Assembly (NCBI RefSeq): GCF_009834535.1
Contig: NC_045697.1
Span: 34,288,001-34,352,000 of the forward strand
Direction of reading: 5' to 3'
From: Camelus ferus
Lineage: Eukaryota
Length of the DNA stretch: 64,000 bases
The notes under the pieces are model-generated. The model saw nothing but the letters and a program-made list of their open reading frames with translations. It was not told the origin of the DNA and ran no database searches. Below are positions 1-12,651 of the stretch, piece by piece. The number at the start of each line of letters is the position of its first letter. Position 1 is the stretch's first letter. The translations under genes were made by a program, and so were the position numbers.

Positions 1-659
1 GATTCCTCAAAAAGCTAAAAATAGACTTACTATATGATGTAGCAATCCCACTCCTGGGCATATATCCAGAGGGAACTCTAATTCAGAAAGATATATGTAC
101 CTCAATGTTCATAGCAGCACTATTTAACCAAACAACATAAATGTCCATCAACAGATGATTGAATAAATAAGTTGTGGTATATTTATACAATGGAATACTA
201 CTCAGCCATAAAAAGGAATAAAATAATGCCATTTGCAGCAACATGGATGGACCTGGAGATTGTAATACCAAGTGAAGTAAGCCAGACAAATAAAAATACT
301 ATATGATATCACTTATATGTGGAATCTAAAAAAAAAAAATGATACAAATGAACTTATTTACAAAACAGAAACACTCACAGACATAGGGAACAAACTTGGT
401 TACCAGGGTGGGTAGAGGGTAGAAAGGGATAAATTGGGAGGTCAAGATATGCGGATACTAACTACTATATATAAAATAGATAAACAGCAATTTTCTACTG
501 TATAGCACAGGGAACTATAATCAACATCCTGTAGTAACCTTAGTGAAAAAGAATATGAGAAGGATTATGTGTATGTATATGTATGACTGAAACATCATGC
601 TGTACACCAGAAATTGACACAACACTATAAACTGACTGTACTTCAATTTAAAATAAAAA
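1..659 (+). mobile_element. LINE-1 3' fragment (ORF2 C-terminus remnant + 3' UTR), cut by window start
   Basis: Homologous to the 3' end of the L1 at 4578-5240 (atggaatactactcagccataaaa, gctgtacaccagaaattgacacaac); ends in an A-rich tail. Confidence 0.92.
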
Positions 660-1315
660 GTACCCAGTAGAAAGACACATAGGAACAAACTATGTTCATG
701 TGGCCATTTTAGTGAAGAATTAAATTGGGCTACAAAGACAAAAAAGCCAAGAATAGCAGCTGAAAATCTTCAGCATACAGGGGATTTTTTTCCCCAGTGC
801 TGTCAGACCTCAAAGCAGCAGCAAGGAGAACTGGCACAGCCTTAAAGAAGTTTGTGCGGAGATCCTCATGCTCTGAGAATGAGGAAGCAGCCAAGGTGAA
901 GCCAACTGAAACTCCACCACCCACAATACAAGTGACCAAAGAAAATGTTAAGAGACCTTTTCCTCCCTTCATTCTTGCTCCAGAGGGTATTTCACTACAA
1001 GAAATTCACATTTAATTTGCTTCATGTTTATACTACTGTTTTAATAATGACTATACATTATAGACAGCATTGAAATAAGATGATTTCAGCTCCCAATTCT
1101 TCAATGATCACCTACTTAACACTTCAGATGCATTATGACATCCAGGCAGTTTATACAGAATTGCAGGCACAATGTCTCTGGACACAATAACCAGATTCAG
1201 TTTGCAATTTTCCACACTCAACTCTAGTTTAGACATGAATTTGCCACATTTTCACTTAATTCAGCTGGCCAGGTTTAGAGATTTTCTTCAATAAAAAAAT
1301 TGAAAAAAATTAAAT

Positions 1316-1457
1316 TATAAGGATATATTGTACAACACAGGGAATACAGCCAATATTTTATAACTATTAATGGAACATAACTTTTAAAAATGGTGAATCA
1401 CTATATTGTACACCTGTAATATATAAGATTGTACATCAACTGTACTTCAGTAAAAAG
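1316..1457 (+). mobile_element. Short LINE-1 3' UTR end
   Basis: tacaacacagggaata...tgaatcactatattgtacacctg...tacttcagtaaaaa L1 3' motifs. Confidence 0.75.
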
Positions 1458-1479
1458 GGATATAACTACTGATTAAAAA

Positions 1480-2145
1480 GAATGTTTTGAGAAAAGGATA
1501 GAATATGTCTAGAGACACTTTAGAGCAAGCTTAACAGAGATGGGAGAGTTTGAGTGCCAAATTCTGATTTACCATCACAAATGATTGCAGTAAGAAAATG
1601 AAGAATTAGCTAAAAAGTAAATCTGACCTTGAATCCCAGAACTTCAAAATACATAAGGATTCCAGAGCTTGAAACCAGAAAGTTTATCAAAGAGCAGTGG
1701 CATGAAACTGTAGCAAAAAGCCTTAGTCATAGTGAAAGCAGGGGTTTGTTTAAAAAGAAAAAAAAAAAAGCAGGAAAAATGAAAATGGCTTCTCAGCAAA
1801 ATGTGTGGGAAGAACAAGAAAAGAGGAAAATTTCTATCAGTGTTAAATGATGTAGTATTAGTAGGTAACTAAGACAAAGAAGAACTATTTGAAATTTACT
1901 TCTAATTTCTCCACTCGAGAAGCATGATTTTCAGACAATATCCAGAAGACTCATCCTCCATGCGATGAAACTTATAAGGGCTTAATACACTGAAATGTTG
2001 AGTTGAGGTGTGGCCTAAGAAATGGGAGGAGTCAGTAAAAGATCACTGACCTTCTGTACATGAGTTAAAATGTCTAATTCTGAACAAATTATAGCTCTAA
2101 CTACTAAAAGACCTGCAGATGTGATTACTAAGAAATGTCAAGAAG
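1480..2145 (+). mobile_element. Ancient L3/CR1-like LINE fragment
   Basis: Degenerate match to recalled L3 RT-region consensus (actactaaaagacctgcagatgtgattactaagaaatgtc); boundaries approximate. Confidence 0.45.
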
Positions 2146-2230
2146 GATCTGGTTAGTCAGTTAACAAATCTTTATTGAGTGGCTGCTATATTCCATGCTG
2201 AAGGAAATGAAACTACAAAGGTGAGGAAGA

Positions 2231-5200
2231 AATAAAATCGACAAACCTCTGGCCAAACTCACAAAGAAGAAAAAAGAGAGAGCACAAATTAGCAAAATAA
2301 GAAAGGAAAAATGGAGAAATTACAACAAACAAAATAGAAATACAGAATATCATATGAGAATATTATGAAAAACTATATGGAACCAAACTGGATAACCTAG
2401 AGGAGATGGACAAGTTTCTGGAAACATACTGTCCACCAAAACTGAATCAAGAAGAATCTGAACGCTTGAACAATCCAATCACTAGAAAGGAAATAGAAAT
2501 AGCAATTAAAAACCTCCCTACAAATAAAAGTCCAGGACCGGACGGCTTCACCGGGGAATTCTACCAAACATACAAAGAAGAACTCATACCAGTCCTTCTC
2601 AAACTCTTCCAGACGATTGAAAAGGAGGGAATACTCCCAAACTCATTCTATGAAGCCACCATCACCCTGATACCAAAACCAGGCAAAGACACCACAAAAA
2701 AAGAGAATTATAGGCCAATATCACTGATGAACATAGACGCCAAAATCCTCACCAAAATTTTAGCAAATAGAATCCAACAACACATAAAAAAGATTATACA
2801 TCATGACCAAGTGGGGATCATCCCAGGGATACAAGGCTGGTTCAACATACGCAAATCAATCAATGTAATACATCACATCAACAAGAGAAAGGACAAAAAC
2901 CACATGATCATCTCAATCGATGCAGAAAAAGCATTTGATAAAATTCAACACCCATTTATGATAAAAACTCTCGCCAAAGTGGGTATAGAGGGAACATATC
3001 TCAACATAATAAAAGCTATATATGACAAACCTACAGCCAACATAGTACTCAACGGTGAAAAACTCAAAAGCTTCCCACTAAAATCTGGGACAAGACAAGG
3101 ATGCCCACTATCACCACTCCTATTCAACATAGTCCTGGAAGTCCTAGCCACAGCAGTCAGGCAAGAGAAAGAAATAAAAGGGATCCAAATTGGAAAAGAA
3201 GAGGTAAAAGTGTCATTATATGCTGATGACATGTTACTATACATAGAAAACCCTAAAAGGTCCACACAAAAGCTACTAGAGCTGATTGAAGAATTCAGCA
3301 AGGTAGCAGGTTACAAAATTAACGTTCAAAAATCAGTTGCATTTCTTTACACTAACGATAAATCAACAGAAGAAGAAAGTAAAGAAACAATCCCCTTTAA
3401 AATAGCACCCAAAGTAATAAAATATCTGGGAATAAATCTAACCAAGGAGGTGAAAGAATTATACACAGAAAACTATAAACCATTGATGAAGGAAATTAAA
3501 GAAGACTTTAAAAAATGGAAAGATATTCCATGCTTTTGGATTGGAAGAATCAATATTGTTAAAATGGTCACACTGCCCAAGGCAATCTACAGATTTAATG
3601 CAATCCCTATCCAATTACCCAGGACATATTTCACAGAACTAGAAAAAATCATAATAAAATTCATATGAAACCATCAAAGACCTAGAATTGCCAAAGCATT
3701 ACTAAAGAGAAAGAAAGAGGCTGGAGGAATAACTCTCCCAGACTTCAGACAATACTATAGAGCTACAGTCATCAAGACAGCATGGTATTGGTACCAAAAC
3801 AGACATATAGACCAATGGAACAGAATAGAGAGCCCAGAAATGAACCCACAAACTTTTGGTCAACTCATCTTTGACAAAGGAGGCAAGAATATACATTGGA
3901 ATAAAGACAGTCTCTTCAGCAAATGGTGTTGGAAAAACTGGACAGCAGCATGTAAAACAATGAAGCTAGAACACTCCCTTACACCATATACAAAAATCAA
4001 CTCAAAATGGATTAAAGACTTAAACATAAGACAAGATACAATAAACCTCCTAGAGGAAAACATAGGCAAAACATTATCTGACATACATTTCAAAAATTTT
4101 CTCCTAGAAGAAATAAAAGCAAGAATAAACAAATGGGACCTAATGAAACTTACAAGCTTCTGCACAGCAAAGGAAACCAGAAATAAAACAAGAAGAAAAC
4201 CTACGGAATGGGAGAAAATTTTTGCAAGTGAAACCGACAAAGGCTTGATCTCCAGAATATATAAGCAGCTCATACGACTCAATAAGAAAAAAATAAACAA
4301 CCCAATCCAAAAATGGGCAGAAGACCTAAACAAGCAATTCTCCAAGGAAGACATACAAATGATCAAAAAGCACATGAAAAAATGCTCAATATCACTAATT
4401 ATCAGAGAAATGCAAATCAAAACTACAATGAGGTATCACCTCACACCAGCCAGAATGGCCATCATTCCAAAGTCCACAAATGACAAATGCTGGAGAGGCT
4501 GTGGAGAAAGGGGAACCCTCCTACACTGCTGGTGGGAATGCAGTTTGGTGCAGCCACTATGGAAAACAGTGTGGAGATTCCTCAAAAGACTAGGAATAGA
4601 CTTACCATATGACCCAGGAATCCCACTCCTGGGCTTGTATCCAGAAGGAAATCTACTTCAGGATGACACCTGCACCCCAATGTTCATAGCAGCACTATTT
4701 ACAATAGCCAAAACATGGAAACAGCCTAAATGTCCATCAACAGGTGACTGGATAAAGAAGAGGTGGTATATTTATACAATGGAATACTACTCAGCCATAA
4801 AAACCGACAACATAATGCCATTTGCAGCAACATGGATGCTCCTGGAAAATGTCATTCTAAGTGAAGTAAGCCAGAAAGAGAAAGAAAAATACCATATGAG
4901 ATCGCTCATATGTGGAATCTAAAAAACAAAAACAAAAACAAACAAACAAACAAAAACAAAGCGTAAATAAAGGACAGAAATAGACTCACAGACAGAGAAT
5001 ACAGACTTGTGGTTACCAGGGGGGTGGAGGGTGGGAAGGGATAGACTGGGATTTCAAAATTGTAGAATAGACTACACTGTATAGCACAGGGAAATATACA
5101 CAAAATGTTATGATAACTCACAGAGAAAAAAATGTGACAATGAGTGTGTATATGTCCATGAATAACTGAAAAATTGTGCTGAACACTGGAATTTGACACA

Positions 5201-5282
5201 ACATTGTAAAAAGATTATAAACCAATAAAAAATGTTAAAAAAAAAAAATAAAGATAAAGCAGAAATGTTCCGAAAAAAAAAA
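2231..5282 (+). mobile_element. Young 5'-truncated LINE-1 (ORF2 from linker through RT and C-terminal domain, 3' UTR, polyA); TSD AAAGGTGAGGAAGA at 2217-2230 and 5283-5296
   Basis: ORFs 2406-3668 (RT; YADD, QGCPLSP) and 3840-4922 (CWRGC..HCWWEC) are in the same frame, separated by a TGG>TGA stop; perfect 14-bp TSD. Confidence 0.98.
2406..4922 (+). pseudogene. Disabled L1 ORF2 (reverse transcriptase + Cys-rich C-terminus; endonuclease missing)
   Basis: Internal stop at 3666-3668; extra A near 2310 and a TGA near 2355 upstream; no EN domain, ORF1 or 5' UTR. Confidence 0.95.
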
Positions 5283-5861
5283 AAAGGTGAGGAAGACAAA
5301 CAGGGTCCATGATCTCATAGGGCTTTGATACTACAGGGCTAAATAGCCAAATACATATATAAACAAATAAGATTATTTCAGGGAATTAGGAGTGAAAAAA
5401 ACAGGATAACATGATAGAGAGATGACTGATGGGGGTCACTTTAGCTAGGATGGTTAGAGAAAGCCTTTAACAAAGTGACACTTAAATTAAGACTTAAATG
5501 ATGGGAAGGAGAATTCTGTCACTCTATAGGAATGTTTCAAACTGCAGAAGCAGCAAGTACAAAAGCCCTGAGGCAGGAATGAGCTTGGGGGATTTCAGGG
5601 CCAGAAAGGCAAAATGTTTGGGGTCCAATGAGTGATGGGAACATAGGGAAAGTTACAAAGAGGTAGGACTGGATATTTAAAGGCTGTAATAAGATTTTGT
5701 TCTTATTATAATGAGAAGCCCTTGTACAGTTTTAAGCAGAGGTGGTGACATGATCTGATTTACATTTTAGAAAGATCAGTACCTCACTGTGTGTAGAATA
5801 TACACCAAGGGAACAGGAGAGTAGTAAAACAAACAAAAAACTAGGCAACTTTTTTAATAGT

Positions 5862-6424
5862 TGTTATGGATGGACTGTGTCTTCCCAAAATTCATATGTT
5901 GAAATGCTAGCCCCTACTACATCAGAACATGATCTCATTGGAGATAAGGTTTTTACAGAAGTAATCAAGTTAAAATGAGACCCTTATGCTGAGCCCTCAT
6001 CCAGTACGACTGGTCTCCTTATATAAATGGGAAATTTGGAGACAGGCATGTACACAAAGAGTGAAGATGAAGGCAACGATCAGAAAAATGCTTCTACAGG
6101 CCAAGGAATGCCAAAGATTGCCAGCAAAACACCAGAAGCTAGGAGAGGCATCCTCTCAGAGGGAAACAATGCCCCCCCATGCCCCAAATCAAACCTCCTC
6201 AACAGTAGCAACCACAAGAATTTCTATAATTTGCTTTTTATAGAGCAGCCAAAATTAAAGAATAATTTATTTTTCCTTCAGGAAAAAAAAAAAAAAAAGA
6301 ACCAACTGCCCCAATCCTTTGACCTTGGACTTCTAGCCTCCAGAACTGTAGGACAATGAACTTCTGTTGTTCAAGCCACCCAGTTTGTGGTACTTTGTTA
6401 TGGCGACCCTAGGAAGCTACTACA
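5862..6424 (+). mobile_element. MaLR solo LTR (MLT1B/C-like) with 5-bp TSD ATAGT
   Basis: TG...CA termini; ATAGT at 5857-5861 and 6425-6429; ccaaaattcatatgttgaa and aagccacccagtttgtggtactttgttatggc motifs. Confidence 0.9.
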
Positions 6425-6947
6425 ATAGTCCAGATCTGATGTGATGGTGGCTTGGATTAGGATTATAGCATAAAGATGATGAGAAATGGCTGGGTTCAAG
6501 CTATACTTTGGAAGAAGAACCGACAGAACTTACTGCTAGAGTAAATGTGAGAGGAATTAAAGATGACTCCCATGTTTGGTGCATTAGCGAACCAACAGAT
6601 AATGATGCCTTTTACTGAGATGGGGGAAGTTTGAGAAGCATACAATTCTTTGCAGTGTGGCCGAGGTAAGGAATCAAGTTTTGGTTTGACCATGTAAAGG
6701 AGAATGTTTATTACACATTCAAACGGACATCTCATCTAAGCATTTAAATATGTTTGAGGTCAGTGGGTAGTAATGGCAGTTGGGAGAAAACCTGGGTTGT
6801 GCTAGAGATATAAATTTGGAAGTCACAAACAAATACTTGATATTCATGTCGATCCTTATCATATATATTTGCTTGCATATACACAAGCATTTGAGACCAT
6901 GTGATTAGATGACTGTAGACAGATAAGAAAGCCAAGAACTGAGCTCT

Positions 6948-7298
6948 TACCTCAGTCAGCTTGGGCTGCTAAAACAAATTATCATAGACTGGGTGACTTG
7001 AACAACAAACATTCATTTCTCACAGCTGTGGAGGCTGGACAATCAGGAAATTATCAGGGTCAGGTTCTGGTGAAGATCCTCTTCCTCATTTAGATGTCTT
7101 CTTGTTGTATCTTTATAAGGCAGTGGGAGGGAGAGCTAGCTTTCCTCCTCTACTTAGGACACACATCTTATCATTATGAGGGTTTCACCCTCACGACCTA
7201 ATCACCTCCCAAGGGCCCCACCTCCTAATACCATCCTATCAGGGGGTTGGATTTTTCAGTGTATGAAATTAGGGGGACACAGCCATGCAGTCCATAAC
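6948..7298 (-). mobile_element. MaLR solo LTR (MLT1A-like)
   Basis: gggctgctaaaacaaattatcatagactgggtgactt...taatcacctcccaagggccccacctcctaataccatc motifs. Confidence 0.85.
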
Positions 7299-8219
7299 CG
7301 TCCTAGGGAGCTAAAATATTCAGTGGCCTAAACAAGGAGAAGCTGCACAAAGAGAAAGAGAAGTATAGGTCAGTCACATTAAAGGAAAATAAGAATTTTT
7401 TGTTGTTGTTATTTTAAAAGAAAAGCGAAGAAGAAAGTATTTCAAGAAGGACAGAGTAATCAAATACTGGGGAGGGTTCCAGGGAGTTGAAAACTGAAAA
7501 TTCACCATTGGATTTGGCAAGATGGAAGTCACTAAAGACTTTGGTAAGTGCCATTTCTGTAGTGGCCTTGATGAGAGCCCCAATGGAATAGCCTGAGGGG
7601 GATACAGGAATTAGCAAAGTGGAGATGATGACAGTAGGAAACTCCTTCAGGAGTTCTACTGCGAATACCAGCTGAAATGGGGCAATAATTGAAGAGGGAT
7701 ATAAAGTCAAGAGTAGGGGGTTTAAGTTGGTGACATCAAGGCATGTTTGCCAAAGGAAATGACCCAGCAAAAAAGGGAAAAGTTGGTGAAAAATAGAAAT
7801 CAATGATTTAAAAAATTAAGTCTCTGAAAACATGAATGGGAATATGATTGGCCTTAAACAGGGCAAGGATACATCCTCCACCACAACTCAAGGTAAAAGA
7901 GGGAATGTGACCACAGCTGGAGGTAGGGGCGGGTGAGACAAGGTGAAAGATAAAACGGTGTCTGTTTTCTTTATGAAATGTGAGGTACAACCAGTGGAGG
8001 GTGAAGAAGATGTGGGGAGAAAGGAGATATCAATTAGTTGAGGGTAGAAAAGTGACTCTACTGTGAACGTATATTGGATGGGTGCCATATTGTTAGATAT
8101 TCACTTGAGATACTAGACCATACATTCGACATGAGCTTAGTTAGCAGCTGGGTGTGTGAGATTCTCCAGCAATGGCCAACTGTTCAGGTGCAGGAGCAGA
8201 GTATATGGATAGGTAGCTG

Positions 8220-8920
8220 CAAGACCAGAAGAAACAAGTAACTACAAAGATTGAAAGGGGAAGAACTCCCAGTTTCCGTGAGCCCCAGGAACTACAGGGA
8301 TTGGCCCAAAGCTTAGGCCAATTGCTGTCTACATTCTAGACCCAGACATGGAGCAGGGAGGGTGACAGAGTGCCTTCTTAGGGGACAGGGCAGTAGGGAG
8401 CACAGAGTCAGGTCAGAGTCACCTAGGGCTTTTTAGAATCACACTTGCTCACTCTCCAGTGATTCTGGAAAACAGCCCCCCAGGGAAGGTATGGATCTAA
8501 AATGGAGAATTCCTGTTTAGTGGACATTAGTACTTGACGGGAATGGATCAAATCTCTCAAGTTGATAGAATGGAAAGAACAAATTGTGAATTACTGGCAT
8601 CATTTCTAAGAACCTAGATGATAAACAAGTAACCGTGAGGACACAACATGGGCTCAGTAATAAAAAGTCAGACCAAACCTCTCACTATATTTCCTGAGTG
8701 TATTTAAAAGACTGTTAGATCAGTACAGGTGGGTGAGCACAATGGTTTTGTTCTGTGGAGAATGAGAAATAGGTGAAAAGATGACTGAGTAACATTAAGG
8801 GTACCACAGGTGCTGAAAGTCAGACATGACACCACTCTGCATCCTTGGGTAATGTTCTCCTCAGTTCTGAGGAGCATGAATATAAGACTGAAAATGTGAC
8901 ATTCACACTGACTTTCAGTT
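8220..8920 (+). mobile_element. L3/CR1-like fragment (probable continuation of 1480-2145)
   Basis: caacatgggctcagtaataaaaagtcagaccaaacct resembles the recalled L3 cagcatgggttcactaagaacaagtcatgccaaact motif. Confidence 0.5.
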
Positions 8921-10399
8921 GGAGGTCTGCTTAGTGCATATGGCAGAAAGATCTAGGGACAAAGAAGCTGAAGGTCCTGGTGGGAGAGGTGAAGTGATGA
9001 TCCCAGGGCACTGGGTTAGCTGAGGAAAGAAAAAGAGATGAGGAGGAAACGAGTAGACTGAGATCATAGGAGGAGACAGGCAGACAAGTAACCACAAGTC
9101 CTGGAGTGAAGAGTTGGTGTGGCAGAAATCAGGACATGGGTGACCCAGCAGGGTTAAGGGTTGTGACCATAGAGTGACATGACAGTTTTTCATGCAGGTT
9201 TCCCAGAGAGGAATTAGATACTTCTGACAATTACTAGTTATGTGCCGATCTAGGACATTCATCCTTACGTCTTTCAGAGGTGGAAGAAGGCAGGAAAATT
9301 GCTTGTTAAATTACCCTCTGAAACTCAACATCTTTTTTCCTTAGAACTGTGCAAACTGAATTGCTTCCAGGGCACGTGGGACTTAATCTGATCAACTTAG
9401 CACCTCGTGTTTTTAATTTTCATTTAGGATTTTAAAATACCTCTCCACGGAAAAGCAAGACAAACTTGTCTTCCCCACCCCCATGCATATAATGAAAAGA
9501 GACAGGCTGAGACCTACAGATGGGTCGCACTGGGCCTTGCCAAAGTATGGAATCAGGATATGAAGTCAGTTCCATTAGTTGCAGCAATTGATGGCTCCAG
9601 CAAAGAGTAAGGCTTACAATTAGAGCTTCTCAAAAGTTTTGGGGCCACTGGAGAGATTATACAATAGAATCAAAGTTAGTACACATTCAAGCAAAGACTC
9701 GTCTGAAGTCAGGCGATTTCTAACGTCCTATGAATTGGCCAGGCCCCTTGATAGTTCTGTGAAATGTAGTGTTCCATGAACTTTCACCAAGGCCTTTAAT
9801 GGACTATCCATTTCCTTAATTATAAACACATATTTCTTCTCTATTGCAAGATTTGTCCTTAACTTCGCAGATCTGTCAGTGAAAGAGAAAACTTGGATAC
9901 CACATGTGGAAATGACATAAGTGGTGCACAGACCTGGGCGAATGAGCACATAAAGGTGTTGTTCCCGTAAAGAACTGTTGGATTCATTTAGGTCTTCGTC
10001 TTTTGATGAATGAACTCTTTCTAGTCCAACCCTCCGCTTATCATGGAGTTATAAATCAGAACTGGAAAAGACATCTGGAAACATCTGGCCCCTTCCAAAG
10101 CAATAACATTGCAGCATATTTCCTGACACACTCCACAGACTCTTCCAGCCACTTGGGGTCTTCCATGTTAAAAGTTCTCAAGAGGAAGTCCTGGTTTGAT
10201 TTTTTTTCTATTTTATTTCCCAAAAAAGGGCAGTCGAATAGCTAGATGTACACATTTCCATTTTACAATTACTTCTTATATAATATTCTACTTGTTTAAA
10301 CATTGGTCTCCTTACTAGGTTAGCACTTCAAGGAAGGAAATGTGTATTCATCTCTATAACCCCCATATAGAGATGAATATGTGTGCTGGGACTGTATTG

Positions 10400-10860
10400 T
10401 GCAGAAACAAGAGTACCAATAGGCGAGTAGCCTTGTACAAGAAGATGTATTGCAGTATTGGCAGCAAACTGGACCTAACCTGAATGTCCATCAACTGGGG
10501 AATAACAGAAAAAGCTATGCTGACTATATTATGGAATACATCTAGCTTTGGAAAAGAATGAGCTAGAGATCCATCAATTGACTTGGAGGGATGCCCCTGA
10601 TACACTGCTAGTGAGAAAAGCAACTTAAAAACACAGTACAGGGTGTGATTCCAAATTTTAGAAATAAATGACACCCTGTGAAAAATATGTGTTTATAGCT
10701 TTGGAGGAACAATCGCTAGAGGTTACCTCAAGGATGATGAGAAAGTCAAGAACAGAGAGTGTGGGAGGAGATAAAAACAGTGCCAGCAAAAGGCAAAAGT
10801 ACTCATGCCGTATGATAAGGGAAAAGTTAGGATACATGTTTTTAGTAATAGTATTTTAAA
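10400..10860 (+). mobile_element. Old L1M 3' fragment
   Basis: aaactggacctaacctgaatgtccatcaactgggga...atggaatac...agtgagaaaagcaa motifs. Confidence 0.55.
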
Positions 10861-10879
10861 AAGAAGTTTCCCTTTATTG

Positions 10880-11065
10880 ACGTCTTATGGATGGGTGTCA
10901 GGCACGGTTTGCTCATAAGGCTTTACACAGACTATCTCACTTAATGCCTGCAGCCACCCTGTGAGGTAGGGACTGTTATCTCCCTCATTTCTCAGATGAG
11001 GAAACCATGGCTCAGAAAAGTTTACAAACTGACCCATGGTCATATAGTAAATGGCAAAGCTGAGC
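10880..11065 (-). mobile_element. MIR SINE
   Basis: accctgtgaggtagggactgttatctccctcatttctcagatgaggaaacc MIR core. Confidence 0.85.
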
Positions 11066-11249
11066 AAAAAAATAACAGGCAAAGAGGCCAAAAAATGAAA
11101 TTGCCTTTTTTCCTACAAATTAACCAGATCAAATGAAAAGAATCAATTTAATTAGGTAATAGGACTGGGAGTTCATTGGTTTCAATTTTTGCTATTATTT
11201 AGTATTACTTTTAAATAAAGCATTAAAAATAAAAAGAATAAAATGAGTA

Positions 11250-11745
11250 GTATGGTGGTTTTTAAATCATGTCCTCAAATGCTTTGATAATCCTCTGAGA
11301 GAGAGAAGAGGTCTGTGCTTCTTCCCTCGGAATCTGGGTGGGGTTGAGACAGCTAAACCAACCCCACAGCAGAAGCAATTTGTGTGTCTTTGGAGGCTGG
11401 AGCAGAAGAGGCGACACAGCTTCCTCCTGGTTCCCTTTCTGGGAATCTCGCTCCGGGGAATCCTAGCCACCAAGCTGTGAGTCTCATTTGGAGAGAAACA
11501 AAGGCCCTCTGCCAACAGGCAGCAGTCACTGCCAGACTTCGGATGGATCCGGCCCCTGGAGCCTCAGTACCTTCCAGCAGAGGCCCTGGACATTGGTGAG
11601 CAGAGACAAACCATGAGCTATGTCCTGTCAGGATGTCTGACCTCCAGAATCTTCCATAGGCATAAAAAATGGTTTGGTTGTTGTTATTGTTTGGTTTGAG
11701 GTGTTTTTTTTTTTCTCCTAAATTACATAACAACAGTCAGATCAG
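11250..11745 (+). mobile_element. Old MaLR LTR (MLT1G/H-like)
   Basis: ccagcagaggccctggacattggtgagcagagacaaacca...tctgacctccagaatc motifs. Confidence 0.65.
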
Positions 11746-11820
11746 ATGAGGACCTTCTACAGTGATGTCTGTCAATTTAGGGTAGGTTTCCCCTTGGGCT
11801 TATTTTTCTGCTCCCTTTAG

Positions 11821-12233
11821 GTATCATGATGATTTACTTTATGTGCCAAGTGGCTGGACCATGGTGCCCAAATATTTGGCCAAACATTTTTCTGGATGTT
11901 TCTATGAAGGTGTTTTTCCGATGAGATTAACATTCAAAATGGTAGACTTTGAGTAGAGCAGATTACACTCCATAATGTGGGTGGGCCTTACCCAATCAGT
12001 TGGAGACCCCCAAAGAATAAAGACTGACCTCCCCAGATCAAGAAGGAGTTCTATCAGCACAACGCCTTTGGACTTGAACTGCAGCTCTTCCCCGAGTCTC
12101 CAGCCTGCCAGTCTACCCCATCAGATTGTAGACTCACCAAGCCTCCAGTATTGTTTGCTAATTCCCTGAAAATAATCTCTCTCTCTCTCTCTCCCTCCTT
12201 GGTCTGTTTCTCTGGAGAACCCTGACTAATACA
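11821..12233 (+). mobile_element. ERVL LTR (MLT2C/D-like)
   Basis: atgtgggtgggccttacccaatcagttgga; terminus tgtttctctggagaaccctgactaataca. Confidence 0.88.
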
Positions 12234-12651
12234 CGTACTGTACCTTTCACTCTGCTTCCCAAATTCCTCACCAATTCCTCCAGCATCCTAACCTTACTGT
12301 AGTATCCAAGTAAATCCCCTCCGTTTAACTTCATATGCATTTGATGTATTTAGGAGGGCTAGAAAAGAGACTAATGCTGGCTGGAGAGTCAGTCTTCTAA
12401 ATGTCTTCCCCTTCCTCCCCACCTTAGGACATCCATCATATGCAATATACATCTGTTGCCAATAAATGAGCAGCACCTATGTAGGATGACGACACTGAAG
12501 GTAGAAAAATCTAAGCAGATAAAGGTCTGGGAAGGAGATCAACTGTGGCTTTTGCGCTGAAGTGGCTTCATAGAATTATATATGCCATTAAGAACACCTG
12601 AGGAACAAAATGATCACATGCAGGCAAAGCAAAAAAAAAGGTGCAGCTTAC

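Larger units (their letters stand above)
2150..8220 (-). mobile_element. L2 LINE remnant, interrupted by an L1 and two MaLR LTRs
   Basis: L2 3'-end motif aacaaatctttattgagtggctgctat at ~2163; purine-rich L2 body in 5300-5860, 6430-6945 and 7300-8200 (ttaaagatgactcccatgtttgg, ttcaccattggatttggcaagatggaagtcact). Confidence 0.7.

Noticed and set aside
797..1015. 72-aa plus-strand ORF with protein-like composition
   Set aside because: Non-ATG start, no known homology, no splice or polyA support.
2945..4420. Minus-strand ORFs of 118, 64 and 186 aa
   Set aside because: Antisense shadows of L1 ORF2.
2406..4922. Reverse transcriptase as part of a novel system (retron/DGR-like) or an active L1
   Set aside because: Ordinary mammalian L1 ORF2, 5'-truncated, without endonuclease, ORF1 or promoter, and with an internal stop.
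1..12651. CORIN exons 20-22 (catalytic Asp and Ser) missing, suggesting truncation
   Set aside because: No such peptides seen, but this intron is long and inflated by TEs; the exons most likely lie beyond the window start.
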